A stretch of 38,394 bases of DNA from a virus (Duplodnaviria > Caudoviricetes), in the IMG/VR virus record IMGVR_UViG_3300044976_000003, positions 1 to 38,394 of that record, one strand, 5' to 3'. Shown one piece after another: positions 23,576 through 33,449 of the stretch; the stretch's first letter is position 1, and each line of letters opens with the position of its first letter. Both the position numbers and the translations under genes were made by a program. Below the pieces are notes generated by a model, which was not told the DNA's origin, searched no databases, and saw nothing but the letters and a program-made list of their open reading frames with translations.

Positions 23576-26500
23576 TATACGTTCAACGCCTCCTTCGCTA
23601 GAGCCAACTGGTTCTTTGTTTGTCTGTAAATCTCGACACTGGACAATGCCTTTGGTGAATAGTTGTTCTGCTCGAACTGGATCAAAGCTGCTTGGTTAGC
23701 ATTAGCCGAAGTCGTCTGATCAAATCCACTCCTATTTTGACTGGCTGAGATCGTCTGCGCATTCAATAGCGAAACCTGTGCGTTCATCTTGTTTTGTGAA
23801 AGCAGGGTTTCCAAACGCTTGGCGTCCTCTTTCATGCTCGAGAGGTCAAGCACTGGAGTTATAACAGGGTTCGTATTGATGATATCAGGAGCAATAGAAG
23901 GCATCTTCGCTATAGTAGTCTTCATAGTATCGACCGCGGATGTAGCCATATCACCGACTGAGGTATCCACTACCTTTGAGTATTCGTTAATGCCGACAGC
24001 AAAGCCTTCATCTACTGCCTGGCCTATGTCTTCGAACACTCTAGACGGCGACCAGATCTTAAGAACATCCTTGGCTTTGTTAATAGCACCCTTAGCGAGA
24101 TCTCCAGCAGCTTTAGCAACCTCCGATGCGCCTCCGGCAACACCTTTAACTATGCCTTTGACAAGGGACCCAGCAAGTCTGCCCCCAGCGCGTCCAAGTT
24201 CTTCACTGTTGTTATCAATCGCGTCTGAGATGCCATTAATCAGTTCGATAATTGCTTTAGCTCCTGCGTCTGCCAACCTTGGGATCTCTTTAGCCCAGGC
24301 GTCCATAAACGCGATCAACGCATCCGTAGCAGCTCTGGCCATGTTTCCGTAGTTCTTTTTAATACCTTCTAGAACGCCGATGATAATTCGGTATCCAGCG
24401 TCCACCATCTTAGGAATGGCGTCAACAAGAACTTTAAGAAGAACGTCAATAAGTGCAATAAGAGCTTCTCCAAGCTTCGGTGTTGTGTCGATAATAGCTT
24501 GGTAAATAGACAATAGAATAGTCACAAGAGCGTCTACGAGAATAGGGCCACTCTCGGATATAACTTTAGCAAAGGCACGAACACCTAGCCCGAATTGGTG
24601 CATGATAAGCGGGAACAATTCCGCCATTGTGATGACAACCCCGGCAAGTACAGCAGCACCAGCAGCGCCTGAAGCAGCTAGAGTCGCTAGACCAATTGAG
24701 AACATCAAGAGACCTGCGCCTACTGCGAGAGCCGCGAGACCGAGAATCCCGATAGCAATTGCAAGAGCATGGATAACAGGAACAACAGGAGCCAATAAAT
24801 AACCAGCAACGCCTAGAACTGTAAATATACCAGCTAAGGCTAGTATTGCGATACCTAGCTGGGCAAGAGATAGTCTACTAAGAACTACTAACGGCGGAAC
24901 AAGCAGATTCAAAGCTATGGCGAATATGATAATAGCAGCCGCACCACCTATGGCGCCAGTCATTGCGTTAAGCCCGACAGCAATAATAAGAAGAGACCCG
25001 CCAAGCATAATAAGAGATTTGGCCATTTCTGGGCCTGAGAAACTCCCTAGAACCTTGAGCGCCCCTGACATAATAACCAGAGCATTTGCAAGAACAAATA
25101 TAGCAGCGGCAGAGGCAAGCATGTTAGGAGGCATAAAGCTGAATACAAGTCCTATAGCCGCCAATAGTGCTACTACCTTCAAACCACCTTCTAATAATGT
25201 TCCCGTATCGATCATAGAATATAGCTTAATAGCGCCAGCTAGAGCCACCATAGCAACCGACAGTAGAAGCAAAGCTCCTGCTGCGGCGAGCATACGTTTC
25301 GTACCGCCAGACGCGGCAAGTGCCTCAGTTGCTTTGACCAGAATCGCTAGGACAATCCCCATTGTGGTTATGCCCTTAGCAAGGGTTGCAATCTCCATAT
25401 TTCCAAGAATCGCCAATGCAGCAGAGAAGGCAAGCAGAGCCAAACCCAAGCCAACCAAAGCTACTGTTAGGACTACGAGTTTCGCAGAACTCTTAATATC
25501 TTCTGCTGACTTCTCAAGTTTACCAAGAGCCGTAACAAGCATGATGAGCATAGCGGCTACAGCACCCAAAGATATAGCGAGACTCTTAGGATCGATCTTA
25601 GACAGAATATAGAGCGCCGCAGAGAGAAGTAGTAATGCTCCCGCAATTTGCAGGATAATCTGCGAGCGAACTTCTGCCTGCATCGTCTTCAGATTGGCCG
25701 TTACTTGCTCAAGAACTCCGGATACATTATCAAACGTTCCAGATATAGAGTCAACAAGACCACCAAGTTTCTTACTGAAATCGCGGAGCGACTTGTATAA
25801 GGCGATAAGGAAGCCTGTATTAATAAGAGCTAAGGCATCCTCAACCCCCATATCGGCCATAAAGCTCTGGAAACCTTCTTTGATCTTGGTGAAACTGTTC
25901 TTAATCGCAGCGCCAATAGGAGCAAGGAAATCACCAGAAGATTTAAGGCCCTCGACAAATCCTTGCCAGGCGTTCTTAGCTTCCTCTAGAATGCCGGGGA
26001 GACCCTCGATCGTAGCAGACGCGCGTCGAATACTCGATGTTGCCTCGTCACCACTGCCACCGAAATCAAACAGTCCTTCAATAGCAGCTTTAACCGCAAA
26101 GGCAGCTCGGCTAATGTTGTACAGAACCATCTCGATGGCGTTGCTAATAGTCTCAATGATAGGTCCGGCTGCTGCAAATCGTTCTTTAAGCGATTCCAGA
26201 AAATCTGTGGATTCGCCAGAAGCAAGAGCTCTTATAGCCTGGACCAGCTCAGATATAAACTTAATAGGCTTGGAGACAGTCTCTCCAAGTTGCTTGAAGA
26301 AATTGTTAAGCCTGCCACCTTCAACAAGAAGATTCTCAATACTTACTAAGAAATTCCCGATTTTTGCCGTGATAGCAAGGATTCCTCCACCAGCAGCGCC
26401 AGCGCCACTTGAGAGGGCTCCAAACATAGCTCCAAAGACACCAACTACACCTTTAATAACCTTTGTCACGATTGAGAAGACCGCAAATATACCTTTGAAT

Positions 26501-27822
26501 GTGGCCTTCAAATTGTCCATCGTGGGTTGGCTAAGCTTAAGTTTAGACGTAAAATTAGCAAAAGCCTGAGTCAAAGTGAGGAGTTGTTGACCCGTCTTTG
26601 GCGGAAATATCTCACGGAAAGCTTCTTTAATAGGAAGGAGAACTGATTTCAATCCTTCAAAAGCATTCTTAAAGCCTTGAATCAGAATATCGCGTCCGCC
26701 TAGATCCTTCCAATCTTGCAGGACCTTGTTGCGAGCATCCGCAGAAGCTTTGATCATTCCACCGAATACATCATTAACCCCGGTCCAAAGCGTTCGTGCT
26801 TCTTCGAAGTCGCCAATAATGAGTTCGAATGACTTAGCCCATCCGGACCCGGCGGTCTCCTTCAACGTCCCCATAAGTTGTGTGAACGTCTTGACTTTAG
26901 TTGCGGCGTCAACAGAAGTCTCAGCCATCTTCTGAATTTCGACAATCTGCGCTTCAGTATAGCCCATAGACTTCAATTGAGCATCAGTAAGATCCCCAGT
27001 AAATTTACTTAGAGTCTCAGTGAGAATCTCTGAGCTAAGCCACCCTTTAGAAAGCGTAGCCCTGAAGCTTCCTTCTTCCTTGATCATCTTATCGACGGAG
27101 ACACCATGCACGCGGGCCGTCTCGATCAAGGACTTCTGGAAAACTTCGCCACCCATTCCGGCGTTCTCAACAGAGATCCAGTCCTGGAGCTTAACCGTAC
27201 CTGTGGACAGAGCCTGAGAGAGCTGGTACATAGCAGTTGAAGCTTGTTGCGCGTTCGATCCAGAAACCGCGGCAACATTCGAAATACCCTTGATAGCACC
27301 GACTGAGGTATCTAGGTCAACGCCAGCCGCCGTGAATGTACCAATATTCCTAGCCATCTCGGAAAAGTTATATATAGTCTGGTCCGAATACTCGTTTAGT
27401 TGCCCAAGAGCCGCATTGACTTGTTCTAGATTAGTGCCCTTTGACGACGTATTCGCTAGAATAGTCTGAATCGAGTTAAGGTTTGTCTCGTATTCTGCGA
27501 AACCAGCTTTGACCGGGTCAAGCATACCCGAAGCGATACTTTGACCTGCTGATATAGCCTTGTTTGTTAGCGTAGACAAGGCGGTAACAGCAACTGTTGC
27601 CATGGCGGCAAACCCGGCGGATACTCTTGTGATACCACCTTCAAGAGGCCCGAAATTAACTTTATTAATTGCACCTTGAACATCCGTAAGACCTTTAGAT
27701 GCGCCTTGGAAAGTCATTTTCTCTTTGAGTTTATCAAGCGTACCCATAGTCTTACCGGCTTCTTGCTCAAACTGCCGGTTGTCAAATTTCATTGTTACGA
27801 TTCGACTGTCGACACTAGCCAT
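23575..27822 (-). CDS. Tape measure protein
   Basis: 1415 aa, Ala/Gly/Leu-rich helical with hydrophobic repeats; YSDQTIYNF..AMYQLSQAL N-domain and I.SPSRVF motif. Confidence 0.95.
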   Translation of the reverse strand: MASVDSRIVTMKFDNRQFEQEAGKTMGTLDKLKEKMTFQGASKGLTDVQGAINKVNFGPLEGGITRVSAGFAAMATVAVTALSTLTNKAISAGQSIASGMLDPVKAGFAEYETNLNSIQTILANTSSKGTNLEQVNAALGQLNEYSDQTIYNFSEMARNIGTFTAAGVDLDTSVGAIKGISNVAAVSGSNAQQASTAMYQLSQALSTGTVKLQDWISVENAGMGGEVFQKSLIETARVHGVSVDKMIKEEGSFRATLSKGWLSSEILTETLSKFTGDLTDAQLKSMGYTEAQIVEIQKMAETSVDAATKVKTFTQLMGTLKETAGSGWAKSFELIIGDFEEARTLWTGVNDVFGGMIKASADARNKVLQDWKDLGGRDILIQGFKNAFEGLKSVLLPIKEAFREIFPPKTGQQLLTLTQAFANFTSKLKLSQPTMDNLKATFKGIFAVFSIVTKVIKGVVGVFGAMFGALSSGAGAAGGGILAITAKIGNFLVSIENLLVEGGRLNNFFKQLGETVSKPIKFISELVQAIRALASGESTDFLESLKERFAAAGPIIETISNAIEMVLYNISRAAFAVKAAIEGLFDFGGSGDEATSSIRRASATIEGLPGILEEAKNAWQGFVEGLKSSGDFLAPIGAAIKNSFTKIKEGFQSFMADMGVEDALALINTGFLIALYKSLRDFSKKLGGLVDSISGTFDNVSGVLEQVTANLKTMQAEVRSQIILQIAGALLLLSAALYILSKIDPKSLAISLGAVAAMLIMLVTALGKLEKSAEDIKSSAKLVVLTVALVGLGLALLAFSAALAILGNMEIATLAKGITTMGIVLAILVKATEALAASGGTKRMLAAAGALLLLSVAMVALAGAIKLYSMIDTGTLLEGGLKVVALLAAIGLVFSFMPPNMLASAAAIFVLANALVIMSGALKVLGSFSGPEMAKSLIMLGGSLLIIAVGLNAMTGAIGGAAAIIIFAIALNLLVPPLVVLSRLSLAQLGIAILALAGIFTVLGVAGYLLAPVVPVIHALAIAIGILGLAALAVGAGLLMFSIGLATLAASGAAGAAVLAGVVITMAELFPLIMHQFGLGVRAFAKVISESGPILVDALVTILLSIYQAIIDTTPKLGEALIALIDVLLKVLVDAIPKMVDAGYRIIIGVLEGIKKNYGNMARAATDALIAFMDAWAKEIPRLADAGAKAIIELINGISDAIDNNSEELGRAGGRLAGSLVKGIVKGVAGGASEVAKAAGDLAKGAINKAKDVLKIWSPSRVFEDIGQAVDEGFAVGINEYSKVVDTSVGDMATSAVDTMKTTIAKMPSIAPDIINTNPVITPVLDLSSMKEDAKRLETLLSQNKMNAQVSLLNAQTISASQNRSGFDQTTSANANQAALIQFEQNNYSPKALSSVEIYRQTKNQLALAKEALNV

Positions 27823-28196
27823 TACTTAGTCACCTCCTTCCACGCCTCATTAACGATTCGATCAAATATAGGTCTTAGAGCCGGGTTGATGTAATCTCGT
27901 CCCTGAACATAACCACCAGTGCCAGTTCCATGACCATATTGGAGAAGAATAGCAATAGGGCGACCGTTAACCACATTAGTATTACTCCAAATGATTGCGT
28001 ATGTTGATGGCGTTGCTTCCAGCTCGTACGTCCATGACGATGCGGTTTCACCAGTATCTTCCGGAGTAGCGGAAGACAATGCGCGCACACCTTCTTGACC
28101 ATATCGACCGAGAGTTCGGAAAATCTCGCCAGACGCCATACGTTTAAGGAATTGTTCGGTCCTTTCAGTACTTCCAGAAGCGTCCATGGTAATCAT
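27822..28196 (-). CDS. HK97-gp10-like tail/neck protein
   Basis: ATP.DTG.TASSW, LQYGHGT and DYINPAL motifs. Confidence 0.75.
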   Translation of the reverse strand: MITMDASGSTERTEQFLKRMASGEIFRTLGRYGQEGVRALSSATPEDTGETASSWTYELEATPSTYAIIWSNTNVVNGRPIAILLQYGHGTGTGGYVQGRDYINPALRPIFDRIVNEAWKEVTK

Positions 28197-29017
28197 TACA
28201 CAACCTCCAAAGTATAAAGCCCAGCAACCGTGGTTGCTACTAATCTTGTCGAAGGAAGCGCATAGAAGATCCCAGGATACCTAATCTCAGTCAAATCCCC
28301 CTGACCATCAACCAAGTCTGCAATCCCAGTAACGGAATCAGGAACAATAAGTTTTGGATCCCAATACAGAACCAAGCCTAAAAGTTGGCCAAGCGTAGGA
28401 AGTCGGGGATTGGTATCATCTGTCCCATATAGAATCTCTTCTAGTCCAGCTAGCAGATCCTCCCTAATTTGGGTAGAATCTAAAATTATATGAGCAGTTG
28501 GCCGATGCTTGTAAGCTGATGTTTCCGGAACTCCTGAAATTAGCCAGGTGAAATCAATGGGCTCAGGAGATTCACTCCCATTTTGATAGGTTACTGGATC
28601 TTCTGTGGCGGTTAGATTGTAAAGAAGATGTATCTTATACCCGTGATCTACACCTTCTAATTCGCTACCGATTACCGTGCGATAGGACAACCCGAACTGC
28701 TTGGCATTCTGATCGTCGGCGAATAGACCGTCTCCCAACTCGCTGATGCCTTCGAATCCAAGAAATTCATCGGGATAGGTATACGCCGTAAGCTGAGCTG
28801 TGTAATCGCCAATGTTGTAACTATCAAGATACTTTACACCATCGAAGTAATGCGGATTAGAACCTTCGCCAGCAAAGTTCTCCTCTACAGACGTAAGACC
28901 ATTCCATGCTACCCCATTGCTATACTCGCCTTCTTGATCTGGAAGGTATAGAACACCTCGATCAATGCCAGTCTCGTAAAGCCTTTCGTCGATCTTGTCC
29001 CATTGGAGTTTGGCCAT
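28196..29017 (-). CDS. Major-tail-protein paralog (minor tube-like protein)
   Basis: L.WD...ER.YETG.DRGVLY, WNGL, FGLSYRT, IHL.YN, shared with 33450-34103, plus a C-terminal extension. Confidence 0.8.
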   Translation of the reverse strand: MAKLQWDKIDERLYETGIDRGVLYLPDQEGEYSNGVAWNGLTSVEENFAGEGSNPHYFDGVKYLDSYNIGDYTAQLTAYTYPDEFLGFEGISELGDGLFADDQNAKQFGLSYRTVIGSELEGVDHGYKIHLLYNLTATEDPVTYQNGSESPEPIDFTWLISGVPETSAYKHRPTAHIILDSTQIREDLLAGLEEILYGTDDTNPRLPTLGQLLGLVLYWDPKLIVPDSVTGIADLVDGQGDLTEIRYPGIFYALPSTRLVATTVAGLYTLEVV

Positions 29018-29026
29018 GATGGCTCC

Positions 29027-29773
29027 TTACGTATCGTCTACCACCGTAAGGCCACTCCCGGCGAAGAGATGGTTTGCCTGGCTAGACCCTACGAACGAAG
29101 CCCCAGAAGGATCGTGGCCGAATCCATGCTGGACCTGGCACTTGATTACCTCGGCGTCCGTTAGCGTGAAATACCCACCAGTCAGAGGAAGCGTGGCGCC
29201 TCCTGAGAGAGGATGCTTGTTCAGAGCGTCCTGAAGATACCATACTGAATCAGAATCCTCCTGCCCGTACTTCAACTTCGACAAGTAAACAGTCTTGGTA
29301 GTAGGAGTTGGATACTCTGGACTAGATTCACCAACCCAACCGTGGTCGAGCACTACCTGAGGATTGGAGTGAACGTTGCAGTTCCAGGCGTTCTTCACAT
29401 TCGGATGGTACTCCATGTGCAGATGTGGGCCTGTGGAATTCCCTTCGTTACCCACCTCAGCGATGAAATCTCCAATGTCGATGTAAGTTCCGTCCGCCAG
29501 ACGAGTCCTTGTATGAGCGAAGAAGACCTCGCCTTGCCCGAAAGGCTCATGCGGATCGGGAGAGATGGCGAACTGGTGCGAGCCGAATGCAGAGCCGTAA
29601 GAACGATGACGGATCTGGCCCTTGATCGGAGCGAGAATCCTTGTGCCGGACGCGCAAGCGAAATCTACGCCGGTATGAACCCCTTGGCCGCTACTATCCT
29701 CGCCACAGGACCAACTGCCACCGCGCTTGCCATATGGAGTAGAGATCCCTACTCCTGGAATCGGATAAGCCAT
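29027..29773 (-). CDS. Endolysin: M23 peptidase plus peptidoglycan-binding-like domain
   Basis: HTGVD and GNSTGPHLH motifs; C-terminal LKYG..VWYLQDAL..GYF...T..V...Q. Confidence 0.85.
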   Translation of the reverse strand: MAYPIPGVGISTPYGKRGGSWSCGEDSSGQGVHTGVDFACASGTRILAPIKGQIRHRSYGSAFGSHQFAISPDPHEPFGQGEVFFAHTRTRLADGTYIDIGDFIAEVGNEGNSTGPHLHMEYHPNVKNAWNCNVHSNPQVVLDHGWVGESSPEYPTPTTKTVYLSKLKYGQEDSDSVWYLQDALNKHPLSGGATLPLTGGYFTLTDAEVIKCQVQHGFGHDPSGASFVGSSQANHLFAGSGLTVVDDT

Positions 29774-29782
29774 TTATTCCTC

Positions 29783-29941
29783 CTAATTGAAAACTCTGAG
29801 CAGCACAACTGGGGTTGGAGTTAGGTTCCAGTGCTTTTCGCACAAATATAAGTGTCTAGATGAATCGTAGTTCGATGCGAAGAGGCCGGTCGCGGGCCGA
29901 CGACACCAGCGGCAAGTTTCTAATCCGGTCGTGTGCCCCAT
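29783..29941 (-). CDS. 52-aa CxxC..CxxH zinc-finger protein (not in the ORF track)
   Basis: MGHTTGLETCRWCRRPATGLFASNYDSSRHLYLCEKHWNLTPTPVVLLRVFN; GGAGGA RBS. Confidence 0.65.
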   Translation of the reverse strand: MGHTTGLETCRWCRRPATGLFASNYDSSRHLYLCEKHWNLTPTPVVLLRVFN

Positions 29942-30159
29942 CGTTCCTCCAAGACTCGACCGTTATGGAGCATAAGCATCTTGTAGGCGCGCTCTACCTC
30001 TGCGTTAGTAGCAGAAACATCAGCCAGAGTGTGTCGTAGACGACTAATACTGTCCATTACAGACTGAGTTTGCCGAATATAACCAAACAGAAGTACCATT
30101 TGGATAATGAGAAACGAGCCTAAAACCGTTCCAAATATCCACCAATCATTACTTTCCAT
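29920..30159 (-). CDS. Membrane-anchored coiled-coil protein (lysis-associated?)
   Basis: Start MESNDWW; one transmembrane helix; next to the endolysin. Confidence 0.6.
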   Translation of the reverse strand: MESNDWWIFGTVLGSFLIIQMVLLFGYIRQTQSVMDSISRLRHTLADVSATNAEVERAYKMLMLHNGRVLEERWGTRPD

Positions 30160-30328
30160 CCGGGTCCTTTCTTTTAACCGATTCGATCCAGATACCAACC
30201 CCAGCGCCAGCCGTGCCGCTAGCTAGAACCCATAGCATCTGAGCCCAACCAGCTTCTCCTGCTGAATATAGAGAACCCCCTGCGATGACCAGAAGAAATG
30301 TCAGAAATATCAGCATGGGGCCAGTCAT
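30149..30328 (-). CDS. Two-transmembrane protein, candidate holin
   Basis: Start MTGPML with GGAGG RBS; two hydrophobic helices and a basic tail. Confidence 0.55.
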   Translation of the reverse strand: MTGPMLIFLTFLLVIAGGSLYSAGEAGWAQMLWVLASGTAGAGVGIWIESVKRKDPDGK

Positions 30329-30330
30329 AA

Positions 30331-30618
30331 CTAGCCTCCTGTAATTACTGGCTGCACCCAGGATCGAATATCCCCATCTGAGATTACTGCGGGGTCGTTG
30401 CCCCATTCGAGGACGCCATCCGTGATAGCGGTGGACACCTTTCCAACCCATCCGGGGGCCATTGCGTATCCCCACGAATGCTCTTCTGCCCAGACTTCCG
30501 GATCGCCGATAACCACGGTTGCTGCGGTTGCCTCTTGCTGAGCACAAGCCGCAACTCGTTTACGAAGATTCGGGTCCTGTTGGATCATGCTTCCAACATG
30601 GTACTCACTCAATGCCAT
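30331..30618 (-). CDS. Hypothetical tail-region protein
   Basis: 95 aa; L.KRVAACA..PGW..DPAVISD..I pattern. Confidence 0.7.
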   Translation of the reverse strand: MALSEYHVGSMIQQDPNLRKRVAACAQQEATAATVVIGDPEVWAEEHSWGYAMAPGWVGKVSTAITDGVLEWGNDPAVISDGDIRSWVQPVITGG

Positions 30619-30627
30619 AATTATCTC

Positions 30628-30822
30628 CTAATTGAAAAGGATCTTTGGGGTATTGCCTTCTGCCTTCCATTGAAGGTACTGCTGGTAGTCGCTGTTGCCG
30701 GGATCGTTAGGCACCCAGTAGTCCTGGAAGCCGCCTTCCGGATTCGGAACCCTGATCTGGAGGATCGAGCCGTCGGGCTTGACGCCGACCTGCCACGGGG
30801 TGTGCTTGTACGAGGGGACCAT
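30628..30822 (-). CDS. Tail-fibre-associated small protein
   Basis: VPNDPGNSDYQQYLQWKAEGNTP motif, typically found downstream of fibre genes. Confidence 0.65.
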   Translation of the reverse strand: MVPSYKHTPWQVGVKPDGSILQIRVPNPEGGFQDYWVPNDPGNSDYQQYLQWKAEGNTPKILFN

Positions 30823-30834
30823 GTGTTTACCTCC

Positions 30835-32070
30835 TTAGAGTTCTGCTGAGAAGTCGATGTAGGCGTTCCCTAAGTCATATACCTCAAAAGATTTCTGTAA
30901 AACAACGCCTGCTGCTGAAGAACAGTCGAATATGGCATAGACGCTATCCGCCATCGCCTGCTGCTGGGCTAGTCCGGTGACAGACCAAACAGAAACTCCG
31001 TCATAAATACCAAAAGAACCAGGATCTGCCCCTGTCATGGTCCCTTTGACGCGCATACGCTGAGCGAGGGGCAGTGCAACAGCCGCTCGTGCCGGGGTTG
31101 CGATCCAATATCCTTGGGCAAAACGAGCAGACGCCTCCCAAGGCATATGCGGATTGTTAGCCCCGATCCTCTGGAAATACCTCTGGCACCAGGCCAACTG
31201 CTGCTGCACCGGGAGGCGTTCGAACGGGGTTGCGACCGGGCCCTCTTCGAGCTGGACGTCGGTGATGTAGAAGGTTCCGTTCTGGATCGGAACCCCGAAG
31301 CGACCTGACAGCCAGAAAGACATCGCAAGATTGGAGCCCGCCCCAGCAGTCTTACCGGCTATCGACGGTACAACTCCTGTCAACGTGTATTTCGTCAATG
31401 TCGTGCTCAGTGTGACAACACCCAGCGATGCCTCTACAAAAGGAGAGCCACTAGCCCCAAAGTTCTGGCGGAACACGACGTTCATCGTCGGTGTTCCCGT
31501 ACTTGCTTTCGCCCAGAAACTAAGCGTGGCCGTCTTACCTGCCAGCGTCTCCACACCCTCTATAGCAGTTCCGATACTACTGTCATCGCCTGCTATTTGA
31601 CCCGTTATGGTTGTGGCGAGGAGAAAACCAGCTACTCCAGGAACACTGGCGATCCGGGAGACTGAGGATTTGATCCCTCCCAGAATCCAACCATCCACCG
31701 TGTAACCACCGTCAACCGTATGCGGCCCGTCCCCCCGCTGCGCGATCTGCATGTCCCCGTTGCGTATGACGTTGCGGAAGCCGGTGGGGCCAGTTGGCTG
31801 AGAAGCCTTAGTTACGTAGTTATTGAGCTCGGCAGCCTCAGCAATCGGGTGCCAAATCGCGGTCTCGAGATTATAGCGCTCGATTTTGTCGGTAGTGGTG
31901 TTGACAATAACGCGTCCGTCCCAGAGCTCTGTTGGGAGCAAAGAATTTCGAATTGGCTCGGTCATTGGATTTATTTGGCTTCGTAATTCAGGTGACACAG
32001 CGAGACGCTGGCGAATAAGAGGCGCAAAATCATAAGTATCATCTACTGCTGGATAGAAATCATACGGCAT
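30835..32070 (-). CDS. Tail fibre / receptor-binding protein with a carbohydrate-binding-like domain
   Basis: RNVIRNGDMQIAQRG, T.TLSFWAK and VQLEEG..ATPFE....QLAWCQRYF motifs. Confidence 0.75.
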   Translation of the reverse strand: MPYDFYPAVDDTYDFAPLIRQRLAVSPELRSQINPMTEPIRNSLLPTELWDGRVIVNTTTDKIERYNLETAIWHPIAEAAELNNYVTKASQPTGPTGFRNVIRNGDMQIAQRGDGPHTVDGGYTVDGWILGGIKSSVSRIASVPGVAGFLLATTITGQIAGDDSSIGTAIEGVETLAGKTATLSFWAKASTGTPTMNVVFRQNFGASGSPFVEASLGVVTLSTTLTKYTLTGVVPSIAGKTAGAGSNLAMSFWLSGRFGVPIQNGTFYITDVQLEEGPVATPFERLPVQQQLAWCQRYFQRIGANNPHMPWEASARFAQGYWIATPARAAVALPLAQRMRVKGTMTGADPGSFGIYDGVSVWSVTGLAQQQAMADSVYAIFDCSSAAGVVLQKSFEVYDLGNAYIDFSAEL

Positions 32071-32072
32071 TA

Positions 32073-32870
32073 CTACTCCAATCTGTAAAGACCATCAATA
32101 GGCATGGACTTTAAACGGGTGCTTTGAAGGGCACGATTAATTCCTGAAATCTGGGTGGTATATAAATCTCCCACCCCAGGAGTCAGATCTGCAAGGCCAG
32201 TTAGACTTTGCGGTATAATGAGCAGAGGCGCCCATTTCTGAATCAAGTCCAACAATTCACCTATTAACGGAAGTCTTGCTGTCGTATCGTTCGTCCCATA
32301 GATAATCTTCTCAAGTTCTATTAGAATATCAGGATTAAGCTTAGACGAATCAAGAATATAATGAGCAGTAGGACGGTAGTTATAGCCAATTGTTGGAGTG
32401 GCATCAATCTGGTAAGTGAATGGTTCTGCCGTTGATGAATCATTGATTGTTGGGTAACTCTTTCCAGAAGACGTAGCGAGAATATTGTAAACCAGATGAA
32501 TCTTGTATCCTAGATTATCCCCGATAAACGTCCGATAGGACAACCCAAATCGAATATGGGGCTGTCTTGTTAGTATCACACCTGGCGTAATCGGGGCCTC
32601 GCCGAGAGCCATAGATAGCTGTCTCGGTATTGAGTAAGCTGAGATAGTGGCCTGGTAATTTCGAGGTTCAACAGTGTCCAAATACTTAACACCATCGAAA
32701 TGATAAGATGACGAATCTCCTCCAACAGAGGACTCATCAACGTTAACTAGACCATTCCACACGACCCCATTATCATACACATCCGGCTGGACTGGAGAGT
32801 AGAAGACACCTCGGTCAACGCCATACTCAATTCGCTTCTGACCTTCTTGATGCCAGATTAGCTTTGCCAT
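32073..32870 (-). CDS. Major-tail-protein paralog
   Basis: E.GVDRGV.Y, WNGL, FDGVKYL, FGLSYRT, KIHLVYN, RPTAH, plus a C-terminal extension like 28196-29017. Confidence 0.8.
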   Translation of the reverse strand: MAKLIWHQEGQKRIEYGVDRGVFYSPVQPDVYDNGVVWNGLVNVDESSVGGDSSSYHFDGVKYLDTVEPRNYQATISAYSIPRQLSMALGEAPITPGVILTRQPHIRFGLSYRTFIGDNLGYKIHLVYNILATSSGKSYPTINDSSTAEPFTYQIDATPTIGYNYRPTAHYILDSSKLNPDILIELEKIIYGTNDTTARLPLIGELLDLIQKWAPLLIIPQSLTGLADLTPGVGDLYTTQISGINRALQSTRLKSMPIDGLYRLE

Positions 32871-32885
32871 TTCAGAGCTCCTTCT

Positions 32886-33425
32886 CTATCCTTTAGTCCC
32901 AAGCTGCGCCCTTCGTTGTGCATTCAGTTCTCTATTCTTAACAGCAATATCGCGCTTGCTCATCTTCTTCTGTGGCGAATTCTTCACATTGAAGACCTTG
33001 ATCAGCGTGAATAAACGATTAAGGTGCCAATACTGGCATTCGAATGGTATGTTGAATGAAATCATCCAGTAATAGATAAGCTCAGCAGTGATGGTCTCAT
33101 TACTCTTCGCTGCTGACTTGTCATTGAACCATGTCGCAGTCATCTTCGCGTCTATGTATTTGTTAATTTCATCGAAATTCTCTTGCGAAAGCCGATAAAT
33201 ACTCTCTTTGGGAACGTTCGGTGTGAGAAGCATAGCCTCAACATAAGCCATGACTTCTTCAGTAGACTTTTTATCTGGCCCCAAGAATGGGGCCTCGAAA
33301 ATTGACTCCCATTTTGACAGGGAAACTAGAGAGTGCTCCAGCTCCAGAGTGAATCCTTCTGCATGAGTAAACTCTTGACGGCCTTCATCATACAATTCGA
33401 TTCCCGGAACAACGATCTTGAGCAC
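32886..33425 (-). CDS. Tail assembly chaperone-like protein
   Basis: Directly after the major tail protein; LEHSL.SLSKWE..ELIYYWM..WHLNRL. Confidence 0.6.
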   Translation of the reverse strand: MLKIVVPGIELYDEGRQEFTHAEGFTLELEHSLVSLSKWESIFEAPFLGPDKKSTEEVMAYVEAMLLTPNVPKESIYRLSQENFDEINKYIDAKMTATWFNDKSAAKSNETITAELIYYWMISFNIPFECQYWHLNRLFTLIKVFNVKNSPQKKMSKRDIAVKNRELNAQRRAQLGTKG

Positions 33426-33449
33426 TCTCTAGTCTCCTGCCTATGTTAA

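Noticed and set aside
23573-23598. cattata at the tape measure/Dit junction (also 7721 and 8342)
   Set aside because: These arise from stop/start or RBS-ATG junctions, with no TCGC element at N15
23789-27217. Long plus-strand ORFs antisense to the tape measure gene (likewise opposite the capsid, polymerase and RNAP genes)
   Set aside because: Shadow frames of strongly coding minus-strand genes, with no RBS or recognisable motifs
32886-33425. Programmed frameshift in the tail assembly chaperone
   Set aside because: No convincing slippery heptamer with an overlapping second frame was seen, and the next gene has its own RBS
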